Source: a virus
Virus record (IMG/VR): IMGVR_UViG_3300022680_000058
Location: 32,001 to 96,000 of that record
Length of the DNA stretch: 64,000 nucleotides
Direction: 5' to 3' (one strand)
Both the position numbers and the translations under genes were made by a program. Below are positions 1 to 8,772 of the stretch, one piece after another. Below the pieces are notes generated by a model that ran no database searches, was not told where the DNA came from, and saw only the letters and a list, made by a program, of their open reading frames with translations. Positions within the stretch are counted from its first letter, which is position 1. Each line of letters starts with the position of its first letter.

Positions 1-304
1 GGACAACCCTGACGTCAGATTCCGGATTCACCTCCAAAAGCTCTGCCTTCATCTTCCTGGCATCGTCGAACTCATCAAAGTTCTGGAACTGACGACCACC
101 CTCAGTGATCTGGACCACCGAATACCCCGTGGGGTCCATATCCGGAAGAGCTCTTTGTTCAACCCCAAGTTTTTTGACCTCAATCGCCGCCAACGCAGTA
201 TCCCGCATAGTTCTATATTTTAGCCAATCCGTGAACGAGAAGCTTCCAATCGCCAGAGCAGCCACACCACCGAGCACCAAAAACATCGCTGTAATCGGGT
301 CCAT
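1..304 (-). CDS. Hypothetical membrane protein (runs off the window edge)
   Basis: Read manually: ATG at 304 after a GGTGAGGAG RBS; MDPITAMFLVLGGVAALAIGSFSFTDWLKY gives an N-terminal hydrophobic helix; frame open to position 1. Confidence 0.65.
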   Translation of the reverse strand, partial: MDPITAMFLVLGGVAALAIGSFSFTDWLKYRTMRDTALAAIEVKKLGVEQRALPDMDPTGYSVVQITEGGRQFQNFDEFDDARKMKAELLEVNPESDVRVV

Positions 305-314
305 CTTCTTCTCC

Positions 315-602
315 TCACCAGCCCATAGAGAGCCGTCTCATGTCGTCTTCTCGGTCCTCTTCTCGGCGGATCTCCCGAATCTCATCCTCGATATCGTCAT
401 CGGCATATCCGCAGAGGTATTCATCATTCGCCGCCTCTTCTGCCTCTTCGTCGAGCTCTTCGAGATACTCCGTGTACTCATCTCGACAAAGCGCCCTCCC
501 TCCTTGTCTCGCACGGGAACGAAAAGCCTTCGCCCGCCGCCTGGAATCGCCCTTTGAGAGAGACGCAACCTCGGTCCAACTTCCTGCCCCCAACGGTTTC
601 AT
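315..602 (-). CDS. Hypothetical acidic protein
   Basis: 95 aa ORF; start overlaps the upstream stop (ATGA). Confidence 0.6.
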   Translation of the reverse strand: MKPLGAGSWTEVASLSKGDSRRRAKAFRSRARQGGRALCRDEYTEYLEELDEEAEEAANDEYLCGYADDDIEDEIREIRREEDREDDMRRLSMGW

Positions 603-1114
603 GACTTACCTCCATTGACGAGCTCAGAAAACTCGTCGCTGTTGTCACTCCCTGTGATGGCTCGCCAAAGGTCGAAGGCTTCGTGAGCGTTGCAGTTCAC
701 ACTCGCATAGAGCGCTTGAGCCATACAGACCTTGGCGGTCAAGGCCGGGTCATCCTGGTCTTTCTTGACACCAGACCACTCATCAACGAGAACCTGTTGT
801 TCTTCATCAGAGAGGATGAACCAGTCCTCCTGATACTTCTCATCAGTGTTGACGAGGAGCGCCTTGTCAGCGACATTCCCCAAGAAGTCCAACACCACCG
901 ACTCCTTTGTCTCAGGAGATAGTTGATCGACGAGGAGGAGCTCCTTCTCCGGACCCCAGAGACAGACGATGTCCAGAGCACGCTGAACGCCCGTCCGAAC
1001 ACCAGCCCAATATGATTCAGGATTCCACTCAAGCTCCGAACGACTGATACGCTCCCTCTCAGCCAGAACCTCAGACCTCAAGACACTAATCTTCTTCACC
1101 AACCCACTCAGCAT
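599..1114 (-). CDS. Hypothetical protein
   Basis: Start reassigned to MLSGLVKK (1114), coupled to the stop of 1108..1296. Confidence 0.6.
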   Translation of the reverse strand: MLSGLVKKISVLRSEVLAERERISRSELEWNPESYWAGVRTGVQRALDIVCLWGPEKELLLVDQLSPETKESVVLDFLGNVADKALLVNTDEKYQEDWFILSDEEQQVLVDEWSGVKKDQDDPALTAKVCMAQALYASVNCNAHEAFDLWRAITGSDNSDEFSELVNGGKS

Positions 1115-1296
1115 GACGACCCTTCTTTCTGTCTTTTCAGCTCGAATTCGAGCATAGCTTTCACATCGACGAGCCCACTGATTCGACCCTCGTAGTAACG
1201 ACCCCACCGACTATCCGGAGAGTAGTGGCCACCGAGGCGCCTGGACTCTTCGATTGCCCCATCGATTTGCTTCAAGAGCTCATCCATGACGACCAA
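1108..1296 (-). CDS. Hypothetical protein
   Basis: 62 aa ORF tightly packed in the operon. Confidence 0.55.
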   Translation of the reverse strand: MVVMDELLKQIDGAIEESRRLGGHYSPDSRWGRYYEGRISGLVDVKAMLEFELKRQKEGSSC

Positions 1297-1299
1297 CCC

Positions 1300-1491
1300 C
1301 TAATCTTCCCATGTGGTGTAGTAGACGCTTTTCCCATCCCGAAGACGACGCTCAGCATCTTTGGCGTGGAGCAAGTCACCACCCCACGTCTCGTAAACCA
1401 CAACATCGCCAACAATCGGCGTCTTTGTCGGGAGCCCGTACCACTTGATCATGCCTTTGTTTGCTGGCCTGCGCTCATGGGTCCGTCTCAT
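1300..1491 (-). CDS. Hypothetical protein
   Basis: 3' part of ORF 1300..1626, downstream of the promoter at 1517-1545 and a GAGGGAGG RBS; start uncertain. Confidence 0.5.
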   Translation of the reverse strand: MRRTHERRPANKGMIKWYGLPTKTPIVGDVVVYETWGGDLLHAKDAERRLRDGKSVYYTTWED

Positions 1492-1516
1492 GGGGTCCCT
1501 CCCTCTCACAAACCTC

Positions 1517-1545
1517 AATCTAGTACCATGATTTGCGCTTGTCAA
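1517..1545 (-). promoter_or_regulatory. Sigma70-type promoter
   Basis: TTGACA-17bp-TAGATT on the minus strand. Confidence 0.65.
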
Positions 1546-1625
1546 CCGGACCAAAAGAAAAAAGCAAAAAACCTCACAGCGCAGATCGCCACCAGCTCTT
1601 TTGTCAAAAAAGAGTCCAGCATGCA

Positions 1626-1653
1626 TTGACAGACGTAAATCACATTATAAGAT
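1626..1653 (+). promoter_or_regulatory. Sigma70-type promoter (divergent)
   Basis: TTGACA-16bp-TAAGAT upstream of the plus-strand gene at 1678. Confidence 0.6.
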
Positions 1654-1677
1654 TGTCAGTGAAAGGGAAACGAACCA

Positions 1678-1877
1678 TGACCAACCCGAACGAAACAGTC
1701 ACCGCTCTCCTTCGTCAGGCCCGCAAGACCTCGGGCGCATCGCCTGAAGAGGCGCACACCGCCGCCCTGGCAGCCTTGAACATGGCCCGGAAGCACAAGC
1801 TTCACGGAGCCATCATCGCCCGATGTCACAACGAACTCTTCAAAGCCAACTCTCGGCGACATCAAGCCGCCGCCTAA
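1678..1877 (+). CDS. DUF2786-like small helical protein
   Basis: MTNPNETVTALLRQARKTSGASPEEAHTAALAALNMARKHKL resembles the DUF2786 pattern; has its own promoter; ends convergently at the late operon end. Confidence 0.55.
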
Positions 1878-1882
1878 CCTGC

Positions 1883-2257
1883 CTACGAATAATCCACCAA
1901 AGAAGCTTCGACGACGAAGTTTGCCTGATTGACGACGGGATACCTCACAGGTGGGGTCGCACTGGGATACTCGACTGAGATCCCGTAGTAGTAGCATCCC
2001 TTGGCGAGCACTGACTGGTCTGATGGGATTGTAATCGTCGCCTGACCGTTCTGGGCGTCCGTGATCTCAATTCCATTGTCGGGGCTGGATAGTTGAATCA
2101 GCGCATCTGAGCTCGAATCAGCCTTCACTGTGAAGTACATGACGGCGTCGACAAGAGACGCGTTGCGCCCCTCACAAGTCTTCACAGTGACCTTGATCAC
2201 CTTCGTCTGGCCACTGACGATCTTCACTGAGTTGAGTAGGTTGGGAGGTGTCGCCAT
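1883..2257 (-). CDS. BppU N-terminal-like beta-sandwich virion protein
   Basis: GQTKVIKVTV..MYFTVK..GIEITDAQNGQATITIP..YYYGISVE pattern. Confidence 0.55.
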   Translation of the reverse strand: MATPPNLLNSVKIVSGQTKVIKVTVKTCEGRNASLVDAVMYFTVKADSSSDALIQLSSPDNGIEITDAQNGQATITIPSDQSVLAKGCYYYGISVEYPSATPPVRYPVVNQANFVVEASLVDYS

Positions 2258-2269
2258 CTTCTTGCCCTC

Positions 2270-2452
2270 TCAGTCGCTCTCTACGGCTGCTTCCAGGTCA
2301 CAATGAACCACAGAGCCCTGTAAGTCTGACGGCGCCTCAAGCACCGCTACAGCGTCACAAGACATCACTTCTCCTTTGAGGTCTTCCGTAATGGTCATCA
2401 CTGCCACAGCATCACACGAAACAACAGTCGCCCACGACGGAGAACTCAACAT
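2270..2452 (-). CDS. Small protein with a 19-aa internal repeat
   Basis: VVSCDAVAV / VMSCDAVAV / VVHCDLEAA. Confidence 0.55.
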   Translation of the reverse strand: MLSSPSWATVVSCDAVAVMTITEDLKGEVMSCDAVAVLEAPSDLQGSVVHCDLEAAVESD

Positions 2453-2455
2453 GAG

Positions 2456-3103
2456 TTATCGCCTTCGGGACCCATGAGATCGCCCACGATCACCTTGCGA
2501 GGATGTCTGCTGCGAGGATTGATTCTTGAGCTGCGTAGCGATGCCTCTCATCTCTTGGAGTAGTTGCTGGCTTGTCTTGCTGTTCTCTTCCCGAGCAGTC
2601 TCAATGGCTTTGATTCTCTCGTCGTGAGCTGTGACCTTCTCGGGAATCTCATCGAGCGTTTCGAGCTGTGTCGCCGCCGCCGATGCCGCCGAGTTACTGG
2701 CGAGAGCTATCGTGATGGCTGTGCCACCAACTATCACCAACACACCGAGGACCCACCAAAGAAGCTTGCTCGTCCCCTTGGACCTCTCGTCCACTTTTGA
2801 CAGGTCAGACGATGTCTTGTTGATGCGCTCCATCTCAGTGCAATGGTCGACGCCGTGGATATCGGTGTTCAGAATGTGTGAGTCGATCTTCTGAAGAGCT
2901 TCTCTCGCTGTATCCCTGGCTTCTCTGACATCATTGGCAAGAGGAGGGATCAAGTCTTCCTTGATGCTCCTGACGTTCTCTGTGAGGCCGGTCAAGCCTT
3001 TCTCGATGTTCGTCAGCACAGTCATGGACACCGTGGTGTGCATGTCATTGAGGCGCCCCTGGTCGAGGTCAGATCCCATACTGCTTCTCCTCCTACCGCC
3101 CAT
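2456..3103 (-). CDS. Coiled-coil membrane protein (possible lysis protein)
   Basis: Single TM segment LLWWVLGVLVIVGGTAITIALA flanked by coiled coils; lysis role is inference. Confidence 0.55.
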   Translation of the reverse strand: MGGRRRSSMGSDLDQGRLNDMHTTVSMTVLTNIEKGLTGLTENVRSIKEDLIPPLANDVREARDTAREALQKIDSHILNTDIHGVDHCTEMERINKTSSDLSKVDERSKGTSKLLWWVLGVLVIVGGTAITIALASNSAASAAATQLETLDEIPEKVTAHDERIKAIETAREENSKTSQQLLQEMRGIATQLKNQSSQQTSSQGDRGRSHGSRRR

Positions 3104-3147
3104 GGCCCCTCCTGGCGAATCAAATCGCCCATTTCAGTCGATTATCT

Positions 3148-3429
3148 CTACTTCGCAGGATCAGGGCAACCCGGCTCTTCCATATCGGCAGCATCATCCA
3201 GCTTTTTCGATGCCTCCTGAGTCTCTCGGATGGCTCTCACATCAGAACCGATCTGAGCCAGCTTCGTCTCACTATCTGCAACAAGATCCTCGACCTTCTT
3301 CAGTCTTTCATCAAGGACATCGTTTTTTTTGAGCAGCTCCTTGATTGACCTTTTGAGAATCTCGACAGAGTCTTCGTCACACTCGTTGCCAACCTCTACC
3401 ACCGGACTCTGCATCAACCACTCCTGCAC
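3148..3429 (-). CDS. Hypothetical coiled-coil protein
   Basis: 93 aa ORF with heptad character. Confidence 0.5.
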   Translation of the reverse strand: MQEWLMQSPVVEVGNECDEDSVEILKRSIKELLKKNDVLDERLKKVEDLVADSETKLAQIGSDVRAIRETQEASKKLDDAADMEEPGCPDPAK

Positions 3430-3462
3430 CCCCCCCCATCAACGACCTATCAAAATGACAAA

Positions 3463-4215
3463 TCAATACTCCGTAACAACGTGCCCGCCAACAGTTACCG
3501 TCAACTCTGTCAATCCGGTCAAATTATCATTGATAAGCGCACAAAACTCATCACCAGCACTACCATCAAGCCTAACCACAGCTCCAAATTCAGTATTACT
3601 CTCGATTTTTGCTATGAATCCATAAAATCCAGACGGCGCCTTATCATCGTATTTTGTTGTGAATTTTTGCTGAGCAAAACCAATATTGTTATATACAGTA
3701 CCGAAATTCTTTGAAATACCATTCTCACCTCTGAGGACAAACCCATTCGGAAGTCTTGTTAGTCCTCCAAACAAAGCGCTGTCCATTGGAGAGTTGTCCT
3801 GAATCGATATAACTAGTGATACCAAATCAAACTTCACCCCATCAGGAGCATGAATGCAGAACTTCTCAGGAGATGCAAGCGTTCCGCTTACGTTCATGTT
3901 TACTGGTCCTGCTTCTACAATAGTATTTGTCAAAGAATAATCGGCATCAGATTTCGGGACAATATTTACAGTTCCAGCCCCAATTGACTTTATGATGAAT
4001 TGTGAGTGTCGCCCACCACCAAGAAGGTTTATTGACTCATTTGCAGCCATACCAGTTGTGGATGACACATTTATAACATCGTCACCCTTTGATACATTTG
4101 CTGAAAGAGTGGTTATTGCATCAGGTCTGTACATGTACAGATTTACGAGTTCTCCTGTATAATCCTGAATGTATACGTCTTGAGACCTGAAGTTTACTGG
4201 GTAATACACACCCAT
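3463..4215 (-). CDS. Putative virion accessory beta-rich protein (MGVYYP family)
   Basis: TTLSANVSKGDDVINVSSTTGM structural motif; N-terminus shared with its two neighbours; AT-rich. Confidence 0.6.
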   Translation of the reverse strand: MGVYYPVNFRSQDVYIQDYTGELVNLYMYRPDAITTLSANVSKGDDVINVSSTTGMAANESINLLGGGRHSQFIIKSIGAGTVNIVPKSDADYSLTNTIVEAGPVNMNVSGTLASPEKFCIHAPDGVKFDLVSLVISIQDNSPMDSALFGGLTRLPNGFVLRGENGISKNFGTVYNNIGFAQQKFTTKYDDKAPSGFYGFIAKIESNTEFGAVVRLDGSAGDEFCALINDNLTGLTELTVTVGGHVVTEY

Positions 4216-4235
4216 CTCACCACCCCTTTACCTTA

Positions 4236-4730
4236 CTACTCATCTATCTGAGTAGGATCAATGCTTCTTCTTCCCTCAACAAGAAGATCTATCCATGATG
4301 ATGACGAAGAGTAAGTACACTTCACACGAGCCCATATCTTCAAATCACCTTTTATCAAAGGAGACCCAGAGGCTATCTGTCCAGTGCCCCCATACTTTGT
4401 GGAAGCAAACCTTGGTCCACTAGACACAATACGAGTAGCATTTGCAAACGTTGTTGAGCCCGCCCACGCCTCAACCAAATATGTTTCATCTGCCCTTTGC
4501 ATCTCTATGACAAGCAACCGATCAAGAATGACATAGCAACAAGGTCCAAGATTTCCATTGTATACTTGGACTTCAGAGCCGAATGAGCCGTCTGCTGAAG
4601 AAGTCAAACGGAACGGGTCAAGATTCCCATCCTCAAAGTAACCATCACCACCCATCCCATAGACGATTGGTTGTGTAAAAAGCTTTTCAGCTATTATGTT
4701 TGAAGATACCTGTGGGAAGTAAACACTCAT
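4236..4730 (-). CDS. Putative virion accessory protein (MSVYFP)
   Basis: 164 aa beta-rich ORF in the AT-rich cassette. Confidence 0.55.
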   Translation of the reverse strand: MSVYFPQVSSNIIAEKLFTQPIVYGMGGDGYFEDGNLDPFRLTSSADGSFGSEVQVYNGNLGPCCYVILDRLLVIEMQRADETYLVEAWAGSTTFANATRIVSSGPRFASTKYGGTGQIASGSPLIKGDLKIWARVKCTYSSSSSWIDLLVEGRRSIDPTQIDE

Positions 4731-4732
4731 GA

Positions 4733-5539
4733 TTATGCATCCACTAGCCAGATGTCAAACGCCCCAGTAACTATCGAATTGTCCCCGCTTACCTCATCCG
4801 CTCTTATGAGTATATCAGCAGGTCCATTCACCTTGTTGTACGGTTCAAACCTATGACGGCCAACACCACCTTCAGAGGATAGCTGAATAGAATCCCTGAT
4901 TGGGAGATTCGTCTTGCTCTGACCACTCTCTGACACTCGAAGAGTAGCAGTAAGAGATCTATCTTGCGTTCCAGAACCAAGAGACACAGAAACAATCCAA
5001 TAAGTAATAAGCGCAATCTTGTTTCTCGGAACAGAATACACAGCCATCATAGTTTGATTGTCAGCCGGTTGAACAATCGCTTTCACAGCAGAAGGTGTTT
5101 GAGGAACTCCAGCAACAACCGCAACATCCTCATACACATAAACAGTCCCATTGAGAGTATCGCCTTTGTTTCTCACCCTAAATACTCTCAACCACTCCAA
5201 TGGAGATGTTATGAGTGTTTTTGTCTGACCGCTCAGTACCTGTGTCACAGTCTGTATATCGTTGTTCTCATCGAGTCCCTGAATCTCCATATCTTGAACA
5301 TCACCATTATCAGAGCTTGATATATACAAGTCTCCAGATGACGTCATGAATGGATACAACGCGTTTGCGTTCGCATTGTTCCCACCGGACCATACATCTT
5401 CTGGGACGGTGGCCACATCAACGTCTGTATTCCTTCCAAACTTGTTGACAGCTACCACACCGTCAACAAGCCCCATGGATGCTCCTATCGGCGCTGGAAC
5501 AGAAAGCACAGACGCCTTATCTGGATAGTAAACACCCAT
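4733..5539 (-). CDS. Putative virion accessory protein (MGVYYP family)
   Basis: VNKFGRNTDVD..EDVWSGG..IQGLDEN..LRVFRV..NQTMMAVYSVP, a pattern I recognise from uncharacterised phage structural proteins. Confidence 0.6.
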   Translation of the reverse strand: MGVYYPDKASVLSVPAPIGASMGLVDGVVAVNKFGRNTDVDVATVPEDVWSGGNNANANALYPFMTSSGDLYISSSDNGDVQDMEIQGLDENNDIQTVTQVLSGQTKTLITSPLEWLRVFRVRNKGDTLNGTVYVYEDVAVVAGVPQTPSAVKAIVQPADNQTMMAVYSVPRNKIALITYWIVSVSLGSGTQDRSLTATLRVSESGQSKTNLPIRDSIQLSSEGGVGRHRFEPYNKVNGPADILIRADEVSGDNSIVTGAFDIWLVDA

Positions 5540-5542
5540 GAT

Positions 5543-5962
5543 TCACACCTTGTGCTTGTAAGGTTGTGCTGAAACTCTCGCCTGCATTTCTGTGGCGGCA
5601 GCCGTCGACAGGATCTCTATGTACTCATCGGCACACAAAACGATCTTGTCAGTGTTCGTCCACCTGTTCTCAGACGCAACAATTGAATCAAAGAGATAGT
5701 ACGAAAGAGACCCAGCAGACGTATTCCTGATGGCAACACTTTTTGTCGCAACACCATTGAAATTTACAACAATCTTCTCAACGACCCACAAGAGCTGGTT
5801 TGTGAACCCAAACTGAGCAATACCAAACCGGCCACCAACAGTGTCGATTGGATACGACCTGAGGCCAATATCTTCATCGTCGACCGGGTCTATTGCTGGG
5901 ACGGCACCATTCCAGTCATTGGTAGCCGTGATTCTCTGCTCGACAGTCGTTATGATAGCCAT
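5543..5962 (-). CDS. Hypothetical virion protein
   Basis: 139 aa beta-rich ORF in the late operon. Confidence 0.55.
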   Translation of the reverse strand: MAIITTVEQRITATNDWNGAVPAIDPVDDEDIGLRSYPIDTVGGRFGIAQFGFTNQLLWVVEKIVVNFNGVATKSVAIRNTSAGSLSYYLFDSIVASENRWTNTDKIVLCADEYIEILSTAAATEMQARVSAQPYKHKV

Positions 5963-5974
5963 CTCTACCCTACC

Positions 5975-6610
5975 TCAAAACCCTCTGACTCCAGCCGCAG
6001 AAAGGGACGCAGCCGTCAAAGAGAATGTTCTAGCCAACACTGGGGACAACGTAGCGACCGTCATCTCCACGACATCTTCAGGTTGTACTTCAAGCTCCTG
6101 AATCGAAACGTCGCTTGAATTGGCGTCGAAGTCACCACCAGCCTTGTATCTCGTTGGGAGACACGCTTGTAGAAACCACGCACGAGCCGGAAGCCTCGTC
6201 ACCAAACTTGTGATCGCCAGTTCATCTGGAAGGCTCCCAGAAGTGTCGCCATCCAGTGCAGCCGCCAACGGTCTGAACCCCATGAAATGGACCAGGACAA
6301 TGTTTCTCCTCAGGGGTTGCTTCCCCTTCACGGCATTGTTCATCCAGATCCAAAAATCGCTGTCATAGAACCGAGACCCACGAGAAAGGACAACAGGCGC
6401 CACATCCGCCGACTTCACTGCCCTCTTCTTATACTCCCAATTCCCCGGTTGGACCTCTCTGAGCTCCAAAGACACCTCTGGAGCACTGCATGCCGAGAAT
6501 CCAAGGGCAGGATCAAAAATCGAGAACAATGGATTTCCAGAGAAGCCGCTGGCATCGAATGCCCAGAACGGATAGAGCTGGAGCATGTCGAGGTATCTGA
6601 GCCGTGGCAA
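5975..6610 (-). CDS. Tail tube-like protein 2 (T4 gp19 / Afp5-like)
   Basis: GFSACSAPEVSLE..VVLSRG..FWIWM..AWFLQACLPTRYKAGGDFDANSSDVSIQELEV. Confidence 0.8.
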   Translation of the reverse strand: MPRLRYLDMLQLYPFWAFDASGFSGNPLFSIFDPALGFSACSAPEVSLELREVQPGNWEYKKRAVKSADVAPVVLSRGSRFYDSDFWIWMNNAVKGKQPLRRNIVLVHFMGFRPLAAALDGDTSGSLPDELAITSLVTRLPARAWFLQACLPTRYKAGGDFDANSSDVSIQELEVQPEDVVEMTVATLSPVLARTFSLTAASLSAAGVRGF

Positions 6611-6690
6611 TGATTGACCCTCCTCGACAATCTTACATCACGACAGCCATCCAGGCCAAGCCGTGACTCTGAGCCGTGGGAAAAGTTACT

Positions 6691-7275
6691 TTAGGCAGCG
6701 GGCCTTTCGACGTCAACTCGCTCCAGAGAGACGTCGAGCTCAGCGATAGAGATGTCACTCGTGGTGGCATCGAGGTCGCCTGCGAGCTTGACCCTGGCCG
6801 GAGAACACTCTCGACACTTGTAGATTTTCGACACGATTCCGTCGCCCGTCACATCGATGTTCGCCCCCTTCGAGGTATCCTGAACGCTTTCCAGGGCGGG
6901 ACGCTGAACATGGAAAATGTTCATGTCACACCGGTACTCGTTCCCCTCGATGGCGGCGAGAACCCAGTTGAAGAACGCGGTGTCGTTCCGAGCGACACCT
7001 CTCTGAAGAGTGATGTCTGCGATCGTTGGAACGCCTGGGAACTTCATCGTGTAGACACGAATGCCTTCACGGTACTCTGCCTGCTCGACGGTGATTTCAG
7101 GAATCGTCACAGAGCTGAACCCTGCCTCGGAACCCTCACCAATCACATATCCCGCCTCAGTCCCATCCGGCTGAAGGATATCAGTGGCACCTGCGCCCGG
7201 AATCGTCGGCGCGTTGACCGACCTGACGTGATACCGGAAATTGTGAAGCGGATCTGACGCTGCTGCTCGTGGCAT
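6691..7275 (-). CDS. Tail tube protein (T4 gp19 / Afp1-like)
   Basis: DPLHNFRYHV..AGFSSVTIPEITVEQAEYREG..KFPGVPTIADITLQRG..DLDATTSDISIAELDV. Confidence 0.9.
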   Translation of the reverse strand: MPRAAASDPLHNFRYHVRSVNAPTIPGAGATDILQPDGTEAGYVIGEGSEAGFSSVTIPEITVEQAEYREGIRVYTMKFPGVPTIADITLQRGVARNDTAFFNWVLAAIEGNEYRCDMNIFHVQRPALESVQDTSKGANIDVTGDGIVSKIYKCRECSPARVKLAGDLDATTSDISIAELDVSLERVDVERPAA

Positions 7276-7298
7276 GCCTCTCCCTCTACCCTCGCCCC

Positions 7299-7850
7299 CT
7301 AGTAATCGGGGGTCAACACAACGCTACGACCAATCAGATCGCCGAGCGTCGAACTCCTACCCTGGCCACTCTCGACGGGAGACGGAAGCATCTGAATACG
7401 CCTCACGAACTCGGCGAGTGTCATGGGCTGCTCTGCCATCTCCTCCGCAATGAGGTTGTAGAGAGACGGCCACTTCTCCACCAATTCCAGAACGTAACCA
7501 GCGATGTCGAGGTATCTGTACCGAGAGACACTCTCTCCACCGCCAGGCTGCCTCATGCTTCGTCCGATAGGCGCCGTGGGGAGCATATCCTTGAGGTCGA
7601 CTCCCTCACGAGCCAATCGTGAAGCGTAAGCGATGCCGTAAGGCGCTGTAGCGTTCCTCTGAACCCACCGAGCCCACTCAGACTCCGTGAGATCCTGATG
7701 GCCCACAACGAAGACAGGGAGCACACCGAAGGCAGACCTCCCTGGGTAGTCCTCGTTGGTGAGCTTCGCGAGCTTCACGATCAGCCCTTCGCAGTCCGGA
7801 GGACCGGGGCGAATGGCCGATTCGAGTTGTTCTGACAAACGACGCCCCAC
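7299..7850 (-). CDS. Hypothetical protein, possible internal head protein
   Basis: N-terminus MGRRLSEQLESAI resembles the leaders of 14538 and 19644. Confidence 0.55.
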   Translation of the reverse strand: MGRRLSEQLESAIRPGPPDCEGLIVKLAKLTNEDYPGRSAFGVLPVFVVGHQDLTESEWARWVQRNATAPYGIAYASRLAREGVDLKDMLPTAPIGRSMRQPGGGESVSRYRYLDIAGYVLELVEKWPSLYNLIAEEMAEQPMTLAEFVRRIQMLPSPVESGQGRSSTLGDLIGRSVVLTPDY

Positions 7851-7879
7851 AGCTCACCTCCTCACCAAACGAAAGATGC

Positions 7880-8284
7880 TCACACCACCGTGGCCAGGTT
7901 GTCGTAGAAGTTCAACCAAGCCGCCGCCGCTGCATCGTAGTACGCCGGAACACCGGTACCAGCACCAACACCCTCGGCAGCCTTTCGTCCGTCGGAGACG
8001 AAAGCCACTCGACCGTTGAAGCCAGTCGGGAGATTGGCGAAGGTGTAGATCGGGAGCGACCCGAACACGAGTGAACCCTGGGTGGCAATCGCAGCGTCGC
8101 CAGTCCCGGAGGTCATGCTGACGGTGAGGTCACCAGCGACCACTCCGGCCTTGATAACCTCGTTCCCATCGATGTCCGCCACAGTGATACCGGACCAAGT
8201 CTTCGACTCACCGGCAGGGATGTTGATGTTCGGCCCAGGGATGAATTTCGCCTCGGCGCTCGCATTGGTGATTACCGCGTCCAT
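7880..8284 (-). CDS. Putative virion fibre or decoration protein
   Basis: Start MDAVITNASAE after an AGGAG RBS; C-terminal LPIYTFANLP..GRVAFVSDG..GVPAYYD is typical of fibre proteins. Confidence 0.55.
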   Translation of the reverse strand: MDAVITNASAEAKFIPGPNINIPAGESKTWSGITVADIDGNEVIKAGVVAGDLTVSMTSGTGDAAIATQGSLVFGSLPIYTFANLPTGFNGRVAFVSDGRKAAEGVGAGTGVPAYYDAAAAAWLNFYDNLATVV

Positions 8285-8304
8285 ATCTGCCCTCGCTCCT
8301 GAAA

Positions 8305-8322
8305 TGGGCAATCAATTGCCCA
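8305..8322. repeat. Conserved palindrome, copy 1
   Basis: TGGGCAATCAATTGCCCA, intergenic, 5 bp upstream of the RBS of the 8284 gene. Confidence 0.9.
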
Positions 8323-8332
8323 CCTCGTGTTG

Positions 8333-8737
8333 TTACCCGATCTTCCCTGCCCGCCTTCCGAGATAGGCGCAGAAGGCAGCCGGGTCCTTGACTCCAGAAC
8401 AGCACGCCTCGACGTACTTCTCACAGGTGTCAAAGGCGTCGCCTTTCCCACCCTTGAAGTCGCCCTTGGCGGTGCGATACTTCTTCCCGCACTCGCTGTC
8501 GCACTTCATGGCTTCTGTGAGCGCCATGGAGAGGATCTCCGGGTCGAGACCCATCACGCCAGCCATGTCCTCAGCAACAAACTGAGACGCCTCTTGAAGG
8601 TGCCAGCAAGGAGCCTCAGGACCATCACACCCTTCGTCGTCCTCGGTGAAGAGGTTTTCGTCATCCTCTTCATGGATCTGTTCATGGGAGTCATCTCCCT
8701 GAATGATGTTCCTGAGCTCCTCTGCCAACGACTTCAT
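8333..8737 (-). CDS. Acidic-leader, Cys-rich small protein (paralogue of 16845..17171)
   Basis: CGKKYR..AFDTCEKYVEACC..KDPAAFC; several LxE sites. Confidence 0.65.
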   Translation of the reverse strand: MKSLAEELRNIIQGDDSHEQIHEEDDENLFTEDDEGCDGPEAPCWHLQEASQFVAEDMAGVMGLDPEILSMALTEAMKCDSECGKKYRTAKGDFKGGKGDAFDTCEKYVEACCSGVKDPAAFCAYLGRRAGKIG

Positions 8738-8772
8738 TTCAACACCTCAATCCGCTACCATGACACGAATGA

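Noticed and set aside
8305-8322. Palindrome as a canonical parS site or intrinsic terminator
   Set aside because: Sequence is unlike TGTTTCACGTGAAACA; it has a 2-nt centre, no U-tract, and occurs in both orientations and inside genes
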